A DNA stretch of 64,000 nt from a bacterium (GCA_041946805.1 JBHGBC010000007.1:1-64000); one strand, 5' to 3'; shown: positions 10,052-20,851, counted from the first letter of the stretch. The notes: a model not told the origin generated them from the letters alone. Program-made: numbers and translations.

Positions 10052-12985
10052 ATGAAGAAATTTTTTTTGGGAATTTGCCTGAGTTGGCTCAGTTCCGGCA
10101 TGGCGCTGCCGGCGTGGTGTGAATCACGGATCGCCATACTCGATGATTCGCTTCCCCGGCTGGACGCGCAATTGGTGGAGGATCTCGCCAACCGCTTGAA
10201 GAGCGAGGGGTATGAAATCATCCGGATCACCGCCGATGAACTCTGTGATCCGGCCATTATTACCCCGGACCGCGTCGATCTGCTGCTCCTGCCCGCGGCC
10301 GCGGCGCTTCCCGCCGAGAGCATGAAACCGGTGGAGGATTTCATCCATCAAGGAGGCGATATCATCGCTCTGCAGGCCCCCGCCTTCACGGAACCGTTGT
10401 GGAAATCCGGCGCGGACTGGTTGACCGTTTCCGAGTGGCGCGGGCGGCTCAACCAGGTCCCTGCCACCCATGTTCTATTTGATTTTGAAAACGAAAAACT
10501 GGAACGTTGGACCCGGAATTCCAACACTCCCAACTCGCCGGCTTCATGGGAACTGAAAGCGGGATATGAAGGTAAGGCGCTGCATGTTTCCATCGAAAAC
10601 ATGGCGGGGTGGGACACGATGGCCTCGCCGGTGTTGGACACACCGTTTCCGGACGGGCATACGCTGACCTGCCTTTATGCCAAGGGCGTGGGCAAGACCA
10701 ACGCCCTGAGCCTGGAGTGGTTGGAGAAGGACGGTTCGCGCTGGATCGCCGTTTTCCCGGTGACGAACGAATGGCAACGGATCGTGCTGACTCCCCGCGA
10801 TTTCAAATACTGGAAATCGGTCCCGGAGCGGGGGCGCGCGGGCGATGGTTTCAATCCACAAAACGCCGTCCGGCTGAACGTAGGCGTGGCTTGGACGCAC
10901 ACCGGGCCGCGGGGCGGGGAATACGAGTATTTTGTCGATCAAATCGGCACGGCTCCCAATCCCTTCGGCGATCACCTGAGTGAAATCCAGGAACCGCCCC
11001 GGATCGAGGGATTCAGCCCCTCGTACAAGTTCTATCCACTCACGGATGTGGCAAAGCTGCAACCGCGATGGATTCCGTTTGAGGGGAAAAGCGTACCAGT
11101 GCCTTCTTTAGAAACGATGCAAGCGCATCATCCCCGGCCCACGGGCAAGGGATTCGGCAAACGCCGGGACTGGCGGTGGATTCCCCTGATCGAAGCGCTG
11201 GGGCCGCATGGCGAATGGCGGGGCGCGCTTGCGGGGTTGTTCGTGGACAACGCGCTCCATCCCGGCAGCCTGCGCGCCTGGTTCGGGATTCAGGATCCCG
11301 CGTGGTACCGCCGGCCTGAAGTTCAGAAGTTCATCGTTCAACTAACCAACCGAATGGCGGAGGGTTTGCTGTTGATGGAAGGGGGAACCGAGTACTTCAC
11401 GTACCGTGAAGGGCAGCCGGTGATCGTGGGAACGCAAATCGCCAACCTATTGCGTGATGCGACACAGGAATTCACGGTTTCGTATGAAATATCCGCCAAG
11501 AACCATCCCGAGCTTCCACTCGTGAAACGGGATACCATCGCCTCAGCCGCGCCCGGTGGGATCCTCTCGGTTTCCAGCCCGGTGTCCTTGCCGGGGAAGG
11601 AGAGGCAGTATCAAATCACGGTGCGGCTGGCGAGGGAGGGAATAGTACTCGATCAAATCACCCACGATTTCTTCATTTACAAACCCAAGCCGGAGGACCA
11701 GCGCCGGTTGGTCACGGTCCGCAAGGGGGATTTTTATCTTGACGGCCGCAAGTGGTATGTCCACGGCGTGAATTACTTGCCCTCGACGGGTATCGGCGTG
11801 GATGATTATGGCTTTTTCGAACAATGGCTGGGCCGCCGCGCGTACGATCCGGAATTCATTCAACGCGACCTGGAACGCTGCCGGGACATGGGCTTGAACT
11901 CGGTTTCCATCTTTCTTTACCACCGCTCCCTGCGCGACAACAACCTGCTGGATATCCTCCGGCGCTGCGAGGAATTGGGGCTGTATGTCAATCTGTCCAT
12001 CCGGCCCGGCAATCCCATGCAATACGACTGGAACCGATGGAGGGAAATCATCGAATTCAACCGGCTGTGGGAACAGGATATCATCTACGCCTACGACATC
12101 GCTTGGGAGCCGTTTTTCGGGACGATCGAGGAACGGCGGGCGTATGATGCCGATTGGCAAGCCTGGATCATCCAACAATATGGTTCCCTCGAGGCGGTGG
12201 AAAAAACCTGGGGCGTGGGCGCTCCCCGTTTCGACGGGAAAGTCTCCTCTCCCACCCCGGAGCAACTCGGCGAGGATGGCCCGCACCGCCGGATGGTGGC
12301 CGATTACCGCCGCTTCGTGGATGATTTGATCCATGAAAAATACCTGGCGGCGGCGGAGCAGATCCGCGCCCTCGATCCTCATCACCTGGTCAGTTTCCGC
12401 ATGACGGTGACGGGCGATCCTACCTTCAAAGGTGATCTCCAAATGCCCTACGATTTCAAGGGCGTGGCGCGGCCGATGGATTTTCTCGCGCCCGAGGGCT
12501 ATGGCCGCATCGGGGATTGGGAGCGGGTGAAGCCGGGGATCTTCACCGTGGCCTACGCGCGGTACTGCGCTTCGGACAAGCCGGTCCTGTGGGCGGAAGC
12601 CGGGGTACACGTGTGGAACCACCAAACCATGCGCGTGGATCCCGAGTTGCTCGACTACCAAGGCCGCTTCTACGAGGATTTCTACCACATGGTGTCGGCC
12701 TCGTATTCCAACGGCGTGGTGTGGTGGTGGTATCCGGGAGGCTACCGCGCCAACGAGCAGTCGGATTATGGAATCATCAATCCGGATGGTACGGACCGCC
12801 CGGCCACGAAGGCCATCCGGCGGAACGCGGCCCGGGTGTTGGCGGAACGGACCATCCCCCGGCCGGACGTCTGGATCGAAATCGACCGCGACGCCGACGC
12901 GCGCGGATTGTATGGTGTTTACGACCGGGTGAAGGACGCGTTTTGGCGAGCCTTCGACTCCGGCCGTTTTCCCGGCTTGCGGTAA
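10052..12985 (+). CDS. Secreted glycoside hydrolase (clan GH-A TIM barrel) with N-terminal CBM-like domain
   Basis: Signal peptide; VHGVNY, DL..CRDMGLNSV, DIAWEP (acid/base-like), PVLWAEAG (nucleophile-like), DYGIINPDGT. Confidence 0.7.
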   Translation: MKKFFLGICLSWLSSGMALPAWCESRIAILDDSLPRLDAQLVEDLANRLKSEGYEIIRITADELCDPAIITPDRVDLLLLPAAAALPAESMKPVEDFIHQGGDIIALQAPAFTEPLWKSGADWLTVSEWRGRLNQVPATHVLFDFENEKLERWTRNSNTPNSPASWELKAGYEGKALHVSIENMAGWDTMASPVLDTPFPDGHTLTCLYAKGVGKTNALSLEWLEKDGSRWIAVFPVTNEWQRIVLTPRDFKYWKSVPERGRAGDGFNPQNAVRLNVGVAWTHTGPRGGEYEYFVDQIGTAPNPFGDHLSEIQEPPRIEGFSPSYKFYPLTDVAKLQPRWIPFEGKSVPVPSLETMQAHHPRPTGKGFGKRRDWRWIPLIEALGPHGEWRGALAGLFVDNALHPGSLRAWFGIQDPAWYRRPEVQKFIVQLTNRMAEGLLLMEGGTEYFTYREGQPVIVGTQIANLLRDATQEFTVSYEISAKNHPELPLVKRDTIASAAPGGILSVSSPVSLPGKERQYQITVRLAREGIVLDQITHDFFIYKPKPEDQRRLVTVRKGDFYLDGRKWYVHGVNYLPSTGIGVDDYGFFEQWLGRRAYDPEFIQRDLERCRDMGLNSVSIFLYHRSLRDNNLLDILRRCEELGLYVNLSIRPGNPMQYDWNRWREIIEFNRLWEQDIIYAYDIAWEPFFGTIEERRAYDADWQAWIIQQYGSLEAVEKTWGVGAPRFDGKVSSPTPEQLGEDGPHRRMVADYRRFVDDLIHEKYLAAAEQIRALDPHHLVSFRMTVTGDPTFKGDLQMPYDFKGVARPMDFLAPEGYGRIGDWERVKPGIFTVAYARYCASDKPVLWAEAGVHVWNHQTMRVDPELLDYQGRFYEDFYHMVSASYSNGVVWWWYPGGYRANEQSDYGIINPDGTDRPATKAIRRNAARVLAERTIPRPDVWIEIDRDADARGLYGVYDRVKDAFWRAFDSGRFPGLR

Positions 12986-13053
12986 AGTGTTTCCCATTGC
13001 GGTTGGCGCGTGAATACTGGAGAGAGCCCAGCGATCTGGGGAGGTAAAAAACC

Positions 13054-14481
13054 ATGAATCCACAAATCGTAGACCGCCGGACATTTCTGAATAGATTGGG
13101 AACAGGCCTGCTGGGCGGGGCCGCGGCGTTGACCCTGGGCCGCTATGCCGCTGGAGAATCCTCCCATGACCGGTTGAACATCATCTTTATCCTTATCGAT
13201 GATTTCGGCTGGACCGATTTGGCCTGTTATGGCAGCCCGTTTTACGAAACGCCGCACATCGACCGCCTGGCCGGCGAGGGGATGAAATTCACCGATGCCT
13301 ATTCCGCCTGCACGGTCTGTTCACCGACTCGCGCCGCCATCATGACCGGAAAGTACCCCGCCCGGTTGGGGATTACGGATTGGATTCCCGGGCATAACCG
13401 CCCGTTTGCCAAGCTGCGGATTCCCGCGATTCACAACCAATTGGCGTTGGAGGAAACCACCATTGCCGAAGTTCTCAATCCCAGCGGATACGCCTGCGCG
13501 CACGTCGGCAAATGGCACCTGGGCGGCGATCCGTTCTATCCCGACGCGCAGGGATTCGACATCAATGTGGGAGGCAATTATTTGGGCCACCCGCCCAGCT
13601 ACTTCAGCCCGTACAAAATGCCCATCATGAAAGAAGGCCCGGAGGGGGAATATTTGACTGACCGTCTGGGAGACGAGGCAGTCTGTTTCATCGAGAAAAA
13701 CCGGGACCGGCCGTTTTTCCTGTATTTCGCGCATTATGCGGTGCATAATCCGCTGCAGGCAAAGAAAGAAATCATCGAGCATTACCAGGCCAAGGCCGAT
13801 CCCAACGCCCGGCATAACCATCCCATCTATGCCGCCATGATCCATAGCGTGGACGAAACGGTGGGCCGGATTCTCGAAACGCTGGAAAAACAAGGCATCG
13901 CGGACCGTACCGTGATCTTCTTTACGGGTGACAACGGCGGCCTGCTGCCCAACACCTCCAATGCGCCCCTGCGCGCGGGCAAAGGATCGGCTTACGAGGG
14001 CGGGGTGCGCGTGCCGCTATTGGTCCGTTGGCCGGGCGTGACCCCGCCGGGGAGCGTGTGCGCCGAGCCGGTGATCAGCGTGGATTATTTTCCCACCATC
14101 GCGCAAATGGCGAACGTTCCGGCTGGTTCCGGAGAGGTGGACGGCGTGAGCCTGGTCCCTGTGCTCAGGGATCCCCAGGCTGCCCTGGGCCGCGAGGCGG
14201 TCTATTGGCATTACCCGCATTATCATCCCGGGGGCGCGGCCCCGTATGGCGCAGTGCGGCGGGGGGAATACAAGCTGATCGAATTCTTCGAAGACGGGAA
14301 ACTGGAGTTGTACAACCTGAAAGAGGATGTGGGTGAATCCAACGATTTGTCCCAAAAACTTCCCGATGTGACATCCGCACTGCGGCAGGATCTGGCGGCC
14401 TGGCGCGCACGGGTCAACGCCCAGATGCCGCGGCCCAATCCCGATTATGATCCTGAAAAGGCTGGGGAGAGGGGCAGGTAG
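13054..14481 (+). CDS. Tat-exported arylsulfatase-family (FGly) sulfatase
   Basis: DRRTFL signal; NIIFILIDDFG, CSPTRAAIMTG, GKWHLG, GDNGG, GKGSAYEGGVRVP. Confidence 0.93.
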   Translation: MNPQIVDRRTFLNRLGTGLLGGAAALTLGRYAAGESSHDRLNIIFILIDDFGWTDLACYGSPFYETPHIDRLAGEGMKFTDAYSACTVCSPTRAAIMTGKYPARLGITDWIPGHNRPFAKLRIPAIHNQLALEETTIAEVLNPSGYACAHVGKWHLGGDPFYPDAQGFDINVGGNYLGHPPSYFSPYKMPIMKEGPEGEYLTDRLGDEAVCFIEKNRDRPFFLYFAHYAVHNPLQAKKEIIEHYQAKADPNARHNHPIYAAMIHSVDETVGRILETLEKQGIADRTVIFFTGDNGGLLPNTSNAPLRAGKGSAYEGGVRVPLLVRWPGVTPPGSVCAEPVISVDYFPTIAQMANVPAGSGEVDGVSLVPVLRDPQAALGREAVYWHYPHYHPGGAAPYGAVRRGEYKLIEFFEDGKLELYNLKEDVGESNDLSQKLPDVTSALRQDLAAWRARVNAQMPRPNPDYDPEKAGERGR

Positions 14482-14659
14482 CATGGATTGTTCGCTGTGC
14501 GAGGTTGGCCGCGCTTGGCATCCACTTGGCCGCCGGCGTATTTGATTGCAGGCTGGACGCCCTCACTGCCATATCATGAATGGCCGCTTTCCTTGGGGAT
14601 TAATCCTAGATCCACCATAATAACGGGATACCGATCCCCAGGCGGAGCAGCGTGGTTCC

Positions 14660-16150
14660 ATGGCGGATGCGTTGAATTTCCCGAAATTATCCCGATACAA
14701 GAATCCGGACGCGTTCCGCGGGCGGCTGGCGGAACTGCGGCTGGATCTGCCCCTGGATGACCGCGTCCTCACGGCCGGTGACGATTCGCCCCTGGCGAAG
14801 CCGATAGAGATCTTCGGCCGGAAAGTGGGTAACCGCTGGTGCATTCATCCCATGGAAGGGTGGGACGGAACCCGGGAAGGCATGCCTTCCCCCCTCACGC
14901 TGCGGCGGTGGCGGAAATTCGGCCTGTCGGGCGCCAAGTTGATTTTTGGGGGGGAAGCGACGGCGGTTCAGCCCGGCGGGCGCGCCAATCCCCGCCAACT
15001 CATGGCCCTCGAAAGCACCCGCGCGGGCCTGGCCCAGTTGCTCTCCACGCTGAAGGAAGCGCACCGCGAGACCTGCGGCGCCGTCGATGACCTGCTGGTG
15101 GGCCTGCAGCTGACGCATTCCGGCCGGTTCTGCAAACCGAACGATTGGGGACGCCCCGAGCCCCGGATTCTGTTCCACCACCCGATTCTGGACCGGAGGG
15201 TGGGCGTGGCGGCGGATGACGATTCCGCCATCCTGAGCGACGCGGAGATCGACGCATTGATCGAGGCCTACATTCGGGCGGCCCGGATCGCCGCGGAAAC
15301 GGGCTTCGATTTCGTGGATGTCAAACATTGCCACGGCTATTTAGGACATGAGTTCCTCGGCGCGCATACCCGGCCGGGGAAATATGGCGGATCGTTGGAA
15401 AACCGCACCCGTTTTCTGCGGACCATTGTGGAGCGCGTGCGAGATGAAATCCCCGGCCTGGGCATCGCCGTGCGGATCAGCGCGTTTGACCTCGTTCCCT
15501 TTCATGATGACGCGGCCACCCGCGTAGGCCGGCGGAAGGGGACCGGCATTCCCGAACCGTTCGAGCATTGTCTTCCGTACCGGTACGGCTTCGGGGTGGA
15601 CCCGGAGGATCCCACCCGGTACGACCTGACGGAAACATGGCAATTGATGCGGATATTGCAGGACCTGGACATTCAACTGGTCAACATCACGGGTGGGAGC
15701 CCTTACTACAATCCACACATCCAGCGTCCGGCGATTTTCCCGCCGTCCGATGGGTACTGGCCCCCGGAGGATCCCCTGGTGGGAGTCCACCGCCATATCG
15801 AGGTGACCCGCGTCCTCAAGCAGCGGTTCCCCCGGATGATCTTCGTGGGCACGGGTTACACTTACTTGCAGGAGTTTTTACCCCACGTGGCCCAGGCGGT
15901 GATCCGGCAGGGTTGGACGGACCTGGTGGGCGTCGGACGGATGGTGTTGTCCTATCCATCCCTCCCCATCGACTCGTTGACCTCCGGGTTGTTGGATACG
16001 AAGCACATCTGCCGGACGTTTTCCGATTGCACCACCGCGCCCCGCAACGCCCTGGTGTCGGGGTGCTATCCGCTGGACGAGTTCTACCGCGGCCGCGACG
16101 AGGCGCGGCGGTTGAAGGAAATCAAGGGCGTGGCAGGGGAGACGGGGTGA
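14660..16150 (+). CDS. NADH:flavin oxidoreductase (Old Yellow Enzyme family)
   Basis: HPMEG, LQLTHSGR, GFDFVDVKHCHGYL.HEFL, YGGSLENRTRF. Confidence 0.88.
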   Translation: MADALNFPKLSRYKNPDAFRGRLAELRLDLPLDDRVLTAGDDSPLAKPIEIFGRKVGNRWCIHPMEGWDGTREGMPSPLTLRRWRKFGLSGAKLIFGGEATAVQPGGRANPRQLMALESTRAGLAQLLSTLKEAHRETCGAVDDLLVGLQLTHSGRFCKPNDWGRPEPRILFHHPILDRRVGVAADDDSAILSDAEIDALIEAYIRAARIAAETGFDFVDVKHCHGYLGHEFLGAHTRPGKYGGSLENRTRFLRTIVERVRDEIPGLGIAVRISAFDLVPFHDDAATRVGRRKGTGIPEPFEHCLPYRYGFGVDPEDPTRYDLTETWQLMRILQDLDIQLVNITGGSPYYNPHIQRPAIFPPSDGYWPPEDPLVGVHRHIEVTRVLKQRFPRMIFVGTGYTYLQEFLPHVAQAVIRQGWTDLVGVGRMVLSYPSLPIDSLTSGLLDTKHICRTFSDCTTAPRNALVSGCYPLDEFYRGRDEARRLKEIKGVAGETG

Positions 16151-16180
16151 TCCGGGGAAGGTACGGTTTTCGAGCGGATA

Positions 16181-16209
16181 GCAGGGGCGCGTGGCAACGT
16201 GCCCCTACA
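16181..16209 (+). repeat. Short GC hairpin of RAYT-type REP style
   Basis: gcaggggcgcgtggcaacgtgcccctaca; a similar hairpin at ~49032-49057. Confidence 0.5.
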
Positions 16210-16242
16210 AATTCAGACAATAGGTTCTGTTGAGTGTTCGCA

Positions 16243-16429
16243 TGGATGATTAACTGAAATGCAGAATTGTCTTTCCAGCGCCAACGGCGGGTAAGAAGCG
16301 AGTCCAGGGCAACACCCTGAGAGAATGGCGAAAACATAATAAATTTCCCCCCTCTGGGAGAGGGATAAGGTGAGGGTAACCGTGGAAGGGCGCAATCCAT
16401 CCTTTCTCTGCAATTGAGTAAACCGTTAC
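16243..16429. mobile_element. Divergent copy of MITE family B
   Basis: Right half (REP core 16346-16376, then catcctttctctgcaattgagtaaaccgttac) matches 18110-18198; left end ttaactgaaatgcag is an imperfect inverted match. Confidence 0.6.
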
Positions 16430-16514
16430 AAAAAATGATGTGTCCGCTTGAACAACATACCGTGCATCGGTAAATAAGAACGAAAAGCCAACGAAATCCC
16501 TTGCAGGTGACATT

Positions 16515-17936
16515 TTGAAATTACCCCACATTCCGGACGTCGATAGGTATTTGTGCCTCTTTCTATTTGGCGTGCTGGCATTGAGCTTTGGCGGGCATGG
16601 ATCGTCCGTGGATGAAAACCTGATCATCCAGGTGACCGAGTCACTGGTGGAACACGGCGAACTCACCGTCGCCAACATGTTCCAGGCCTTGCCGGGATCG
16701 GATGGGAAATACTACAGCCGTTACGGCATCGCGTTTCCCATGGCGATGGTTCCGTTCTACCTGCTGGGCAAGGGCTTGGAGATATTGTTTCCACCCACGC
16801 CGGCGTTTTTTGGGAACGGCCGGTTTTTCGCGATGCTGTGGGGCAACCTGCTGATCACGGTTTTGACCGGCTGGTTGTTTTACCGTTTGTGCCGGATGGT
16901 GGAGGGTAAGGAAAAAGCGTCCGCGGGATTGGCCGTGGCCTTGATCATGACCACGCCGTTCTGGCCCTACAGCCAGACGCTGTACCGATTGACCGCGGCG
17001 GGGGCGGTGCTGACCGGGGCGCTGCTGCTGATCCTGTCGATTTTCCAGAATCCATCCAAAGCCCGGCTGATCGGGTTGGGGGCATTGACCGCCTTCGGGT
17101 TGAATCTGCGCGAGGACCTGGTCTTCGCGTTTGGGCTCATGGGTATCTATGTCCTGTGCCAGGGGGAAGGAGCCGGGAAATGGAGGTGCGCGGCCGCGAT
17201 GACCGCCGGGGCGGCGGCCGGCGTGGTCATCTGGGGGATTCATAACTATATCCGTTTCGGGCAGGTGTTCATCGAGAACTACGAAGATCTGTCGTTTGAT
17301 TATCCCTTGATCCTGAGCTTGCCCCAGTTGATCTGGGGAGAACGCCACGGCCTGGTTCCGTATGCCCCCCTGGCGTTGCTCTTGCCGTTCTCCTATGGGG
17401 CCGCCTGTAAAAAGCAGCGGACCGGCCTCTGGTTTTTGTGCGCGGCGGTCATGGTGGTGTATATCGGCCTGTACGGGAAATCGAGCATGTGGCACGGGGG
17501 AATCTGCTGGGGGCCGCGGCATTTGTATTTTTTGCTGCCGTTCTGTTTGCTGCCTGGCGTCTGGATGTGGGACAATATTTCCTTGCGCCGGTTTCGGTGG
17601 TCTATCGGCATGGGCTTTATCATGGGGATCGTCATGAATTGGCCGGGCGTGTATTCCCACCAGGGCAAATACCAGGATTTTTTCAGCCGCCCCTCGTTTT
17701 TCCCGCTGGTTTGGAAGCCGGTGGTCCATCCGGATTATATTACCTTTGATGAACTGGATCTCTGGTGGATTCGCATGATCAAACTGGAGCCGGTATCTCC
17801 ATGGCCGGTGCTCTTCGCGGCGCTGCTACTCTTCACGGCCTGGAGTGGATACCGGTTGTGGAAGGCGATTGCGCGGCCGCGGTTGGAGGAGGAGGGTGGA
17901 TTAAGCGCAGCGAAATCCGCGAATATATCCGTCTGA
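16515..17936 (+). CDS. Multi-TM membrane protein, GT-C-like
   Basis: SVDE motif, YYSRYG.G-like loop, WHGG.CWGPRHL; TTG start with AGGTG upstream. Confidence 0.55.
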   Translation: MKLPHIPDVDRYLCLFLFGVLALSFGGHGSSVDENLIIQVTESLVEHGELTVANMFQALPGSDGKYYSRYGIAFPMAMVPFYLLGKGLEILFPPTPAFFGNGRFFAMLWGNLLITVLTGWLFYRLCRMVEGKEKASAGLAVALIMTTPFWPYSQTLYRLTAAGAVLTGALLLILSIFQNPSKARLIGLGALTAFGLNLREDLVFAFGLMGIYVLCQGEGAGKWRCAAAMTAGAAAGVVIWGIHNYIRFGQVFIENYEDLSFDYPLILSLPQLIWGERHGLVPYAPLALLLPFSYGAACKKQRTGLWFLCAAVMVVYIGLYGKSSMWHGGICWGPRHLYFLLPFCLLPGVWMWDNISLRRFRWSIGMGFIMGIVMNWPGVYSHQGKYQDFFSRPSFFPLVWKPVVHPDYITFDELDLWWIRMIKLEPVSPWPVLFAALLLFTAWSGYRLWKAIARPRLEEEGGLSAAKSANISV

Positions 17937-18035
17937 GGCGGTTTGACGTAAAGGATTTTCCTTCCCCTGGGCTACTCCCTGGGATCTAGTTTTTGAAATT
18001 CTGATTATGCGTTGAATTGGATCCCCTAGGGATTA

Positions 18036-18198
18036 GCAACGATTTACCCGGACGCGGAACTTTCTCAGTGTGTAATTCGTGGTATGACTAAAGAAGGGAA
18101 CGCGAAACGATTCCCTCTCCCTCCGGGAGATGGTTAGGGTGAGGGAAGCCCTGAAAAGACGAAATACATCCTTTCTCTGCAACCGAGTAAATAATTGC
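18036..18198. mobile_element. 163-bp MITE family B
   Basis: Imperfect TIRs gcaacgatttacccgg / ccgagtaaataattgc; REP core 18111-18146; similar along its length to the reverse complement of 20944-21106. Confidence 0.75.
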
Positions 18199-18239
18199 AG
18201 GGATTGCATGCAGGCAGGCTGCCTGCATCACCAGGGCCT

Positions 18240-18264
18240 GGATCCCCGCTTGCGCGGGGATGAC
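18240..18264. repeat. Palindromic repeat GTCATCCCCGCGCAAGCGGGGATCC type
   Basis: ggatccccgcttgcgcggggatgac hairpin, single copy in window; adjacent hairpin atgcaggcaggctgcctgcat. Confidence 0.5.
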
Positions 18265-18318
18265 ATTACATCAGGCAGCCATAACAAAACATAACACGAA
18301 AATGATGATGGATACCGA

Positions 18319-19971
18319 ATGAACACCTCTCTTCTCTTGTTTTTTCGTTTGCCTTTCTGGCTCGGGCGCAACCGGGTGCGTTCGGCGGGATTCGAGGATG
18401 TACTCAAGCATGGCGTGTTGCTGTTGTTCGGCCTGGGCGTGGGCTGGGCCGAGTACGCCTTTTTCGAGCGGTTTTGGACCATCTTGGGAACCGTTCCCAA
18501 TGGTTACGCCCTGTTGCTGCCCCGCTTCTTTTCCATCCTGGGGTCGTTTCTCTTCGCGTTTCTGGCCTATTCCAGCGTGCTGACCACGCTGGCCGCGTAT
18601 TATCAATCCGAGGATCTTCCCTTTCTGTTGTCGTCTCCTCTGCGGTTGCCTTGGATTCTGTTGTACAAGTGGCTGGATGTGGCAGTGCGCAGCGGGGTGA
18701 CGCTCGTGTTGCTCTCCTTGCCCCCCATGATCGCCCTGGGCCTGGTTCTGAAACTCCCTATTTCATTTTACCTCGCTTACCTGGCGGCGGTGATGGCCTT
18801 TTCCGGCATCGCCGTCAGCCTGGGCGTATGGGTGGCCATGGTCATGGTGGCCGTTTTTCCCGTGAAACGGATGCACCAGACGGTGGCGTTTTTGGGATTG
18901 AGCCTGGCGGTGTTTTTGATCACCGTGTTGCGTTTTCTGCACCTCGAAACCTTGTGGAGCGATGCCGCCGCCAGCAATCCGTTGATCCTGTTCCTGCGGT
19001 ACGAACCGGGCGGGTGGATCCGCTACGCGCCCGGGCTGTTCTTCTCGCGCGCCATTCAACCGTTCGTTCTGGCGGAGGCGGGATCCGTCACCGGGTTGTT
19101 GCTGCTGTCCGCGCTCAGCGGAGTGGCAATCACCGGCACGGTGTGGCTTCCGAAGCGTTTATTTCTCCGGGGGTGGTGGAAAAACCAGGAGCAGGCCGAT
19201 CCCGAGGTTCATCCCCGGGGCTGGACACGGAAAAGCGGCTCCCGTGTTCCTTCGAGGCCCCTGCGGGTGCTGATCAGGAAGGACTGGCTGATATTCAAGC
19301 GGGATCCATCGATTTGGACGCAGTTATTCATGATGGTTCCGCTGGCCGCCTTGTATTTGTTGAATCTTTCGTTTCTGCCATTGCAGGGAGAGGTGCTGGC
19401 GCCGTTTTTCGCTTTGGCGGACGTGGGCATGATCGGCCTCATCATTGCGGCGGTGGGGGCGCGGTTTTTGTTTCCCGCGGCCAGCCGGGAAGGCCGGCCG
19501 GTCTGGATTCCCGCGGTATCGCCGGTACCGCCGGGAACGATCATCTGGCAAAAAGTGATCTTTTTGATCCCGCCGGTGATGGTGTTGAGCGCGGTGATGC
19601 TGATTTTCTCCAGCCGGATTCTCCGGCTGCCCCCCGCCCTGGCCCGCTGGTGCTTCGGCTATGGGCTGCTCGTCTCGTTGCAGATCTGCCTGATGGCGGT
19701 GTTTTTGGGATTCTGTTTACCCTCGTACAAATTCCGGCATGTGCTGGAAGTGTCATTGGGCAAGGGGGCGTTTTTGTTTATGATGCTGGCCTTGGCGCAA
19801 ATCATGCTGCTGATGTATGGAGCCTGGAGCCGGTTGATGATCAGCCCCGAACCGGTTTTGCCGCTGTGGGACGGACGTTTTATGATCTGGCTGGCGGGGT
19901 GGAGCGGAGTGACCGCGTTTTGCTATTGGGCCGGGCGGCGCAGATGGGCCGCCGCCGGAGAAGGGGAATAA
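18319..19971 (+). CDS. Putative ABC-exporter permease subunit
   Basis: YYQSEDLPFLLSSP, LIRKDWLIFKRDPSIWTQ, RFLFPAASREG motifs; 12+ TM; no adjacent ATPase gene. Confidence 0.65.
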   Translation: MNTSLLLFFRLPFWLGRNRVRSAGFEDVLKHGVLLLFGLGVGWAEYAFFERFWTILGTVPNGYALLLPRFFSILGSFLFAFLAYSSVLTTLAAYYQSEDLPFLLSSPLRLPWILLYKWLDVAVRSGVTLVLLSLPPMIALGLVLKLPISFYLAYLAAVMAFSGIAVSLGVWVAMVMVAVFPVKRMHQTVAFLGLSLAVFLITVLRFLHLETLWSDAAASNPLILFLRYEPGGWIRYAPGLFFSRAIQPFVLAEAGSVTGLLLLSALSGVAITGTVWLPKRLFLRGWWKNQEQADPEVHPRGWTRKSGSRVPSRPLRVLIRKDWLIFKRDPSIWTQLFMMVPLAALYLLNLSFLPLQGEVLAPFFALADVGMIGLIIAAVGARFLFPAASREGRPVWIPAVSPVPPGTIIWQKVIFLIPPVMVLSAVMLIFSSRILRLPPALARWCFGYGLLVSLQICLMAVFLGFCLPSYKFRHVLEVSLGKGAFLFMMLALAQIMLLMYGAWSRLMISPEPVLPLWDGRFMIWLAGWSGVTAFCYWAGRRRWAAAGEGE

Positions 19972-20068
19972 AGGCTCTCCCGGTTTGAACTCCCGCGCCG
20001 GGTATAGTAGGATAACTCCGGCAATCCGACGGATTTTCCACGGCTAAAACAGGGAAAGGAGAAGGAGA

Positions 20069-20851
20069 ATGAAAACGGGTTTTGTATCAGGAGCCGTCAT
20101 GTTGGCCATCGGAGCGATGTGGCTGACTCCCGCCACGTTCGCGGAGGAGCCGGTCAAGGTGCTGTTCTTGACCAAGTCCTCCGGTTTTGAGCATTCGGTG
20201 GTGCAACGGGAAAAGGGCGAGCTGGGCTTCGCGGAAAAAGTCATGTTGGACCTCGCCAAGGACAACAACTTGTTGGTGGTGGTCACCAAGGACGCCGGCA
20301 TGATCAACGAGAAGCAATTGGCCGCTTTCGACGTGGTGCTGTTCTACACCACCGGCGATTTGACCCAGCCCAGCAAGGACAACGGCACCCCCATGGGCGC
20401 GAAAGGCGTGGACGCGCTGGTGAACTGGGTGAAAAACGGCGGCGGATACGTGGGATCCCACACCGCGTCGGACACGTTCCATGAGAACCTTGAATACCGC
20501 AGACTGTCCGGCGGAGTCTTCAAAACCCACGGTCAGCAGGAAACCGCCACGATGAAGGTGGTGGAGCATCCCATCACCAAGCATTTGGGGGATACGTTGA
20601 CCCTTCAGGACGAGTTCTACATGTTCAAGGACACGACGAACACTTTCCAACCGTTGCTGATTCTGCAGACCAAGGGCATGAAGCAGGAAATGTACAACCA
20701 GGTGGAACCGTATCCCAACACGTGGATCGAGGAATTGGGCCAGGGGCGGATCTTCAACTGCGCCCTGGGCCACCGCGAGGACGTCTGGACGAATCCCGGT
20801 TTTCAGAAGCTGCTCATCAATGGAATCAAGTGGGCGGCGAAGAAATTGTAA
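20069..20851 (+). CDS. Secreted ThuA-like (class I glutamine amidotransferase-like) protein
   Basis: Signal peptide; SSGFEHS, GGGYVGSHTASDT, DEFY, GRIFNCALGHREDVW. Confidence 0.85.
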   Translation: MKTGFVSGAVMLAIGAMWLTPATFAEEPVKVLFLTKSSGFEHSVVQREKGELGFAEKVMLDLAKDNNLLVVVTKDAGMINEKQLAAFDVVLFYTTGDLTQPSKDNGTPMGAKGVDALVNWVKNGGGYVGSHTASDTFHENLEYRRLSGGVFKTHGQQETATMKVVEHPITKHLGDTLTLQDEFYMFKDTTNTFQPLLILQTKGMKQEMYNQVEPYPNTWIEELGQGRIFNCALGHREDVWTNPGFQKLLINGIKWAAKKL

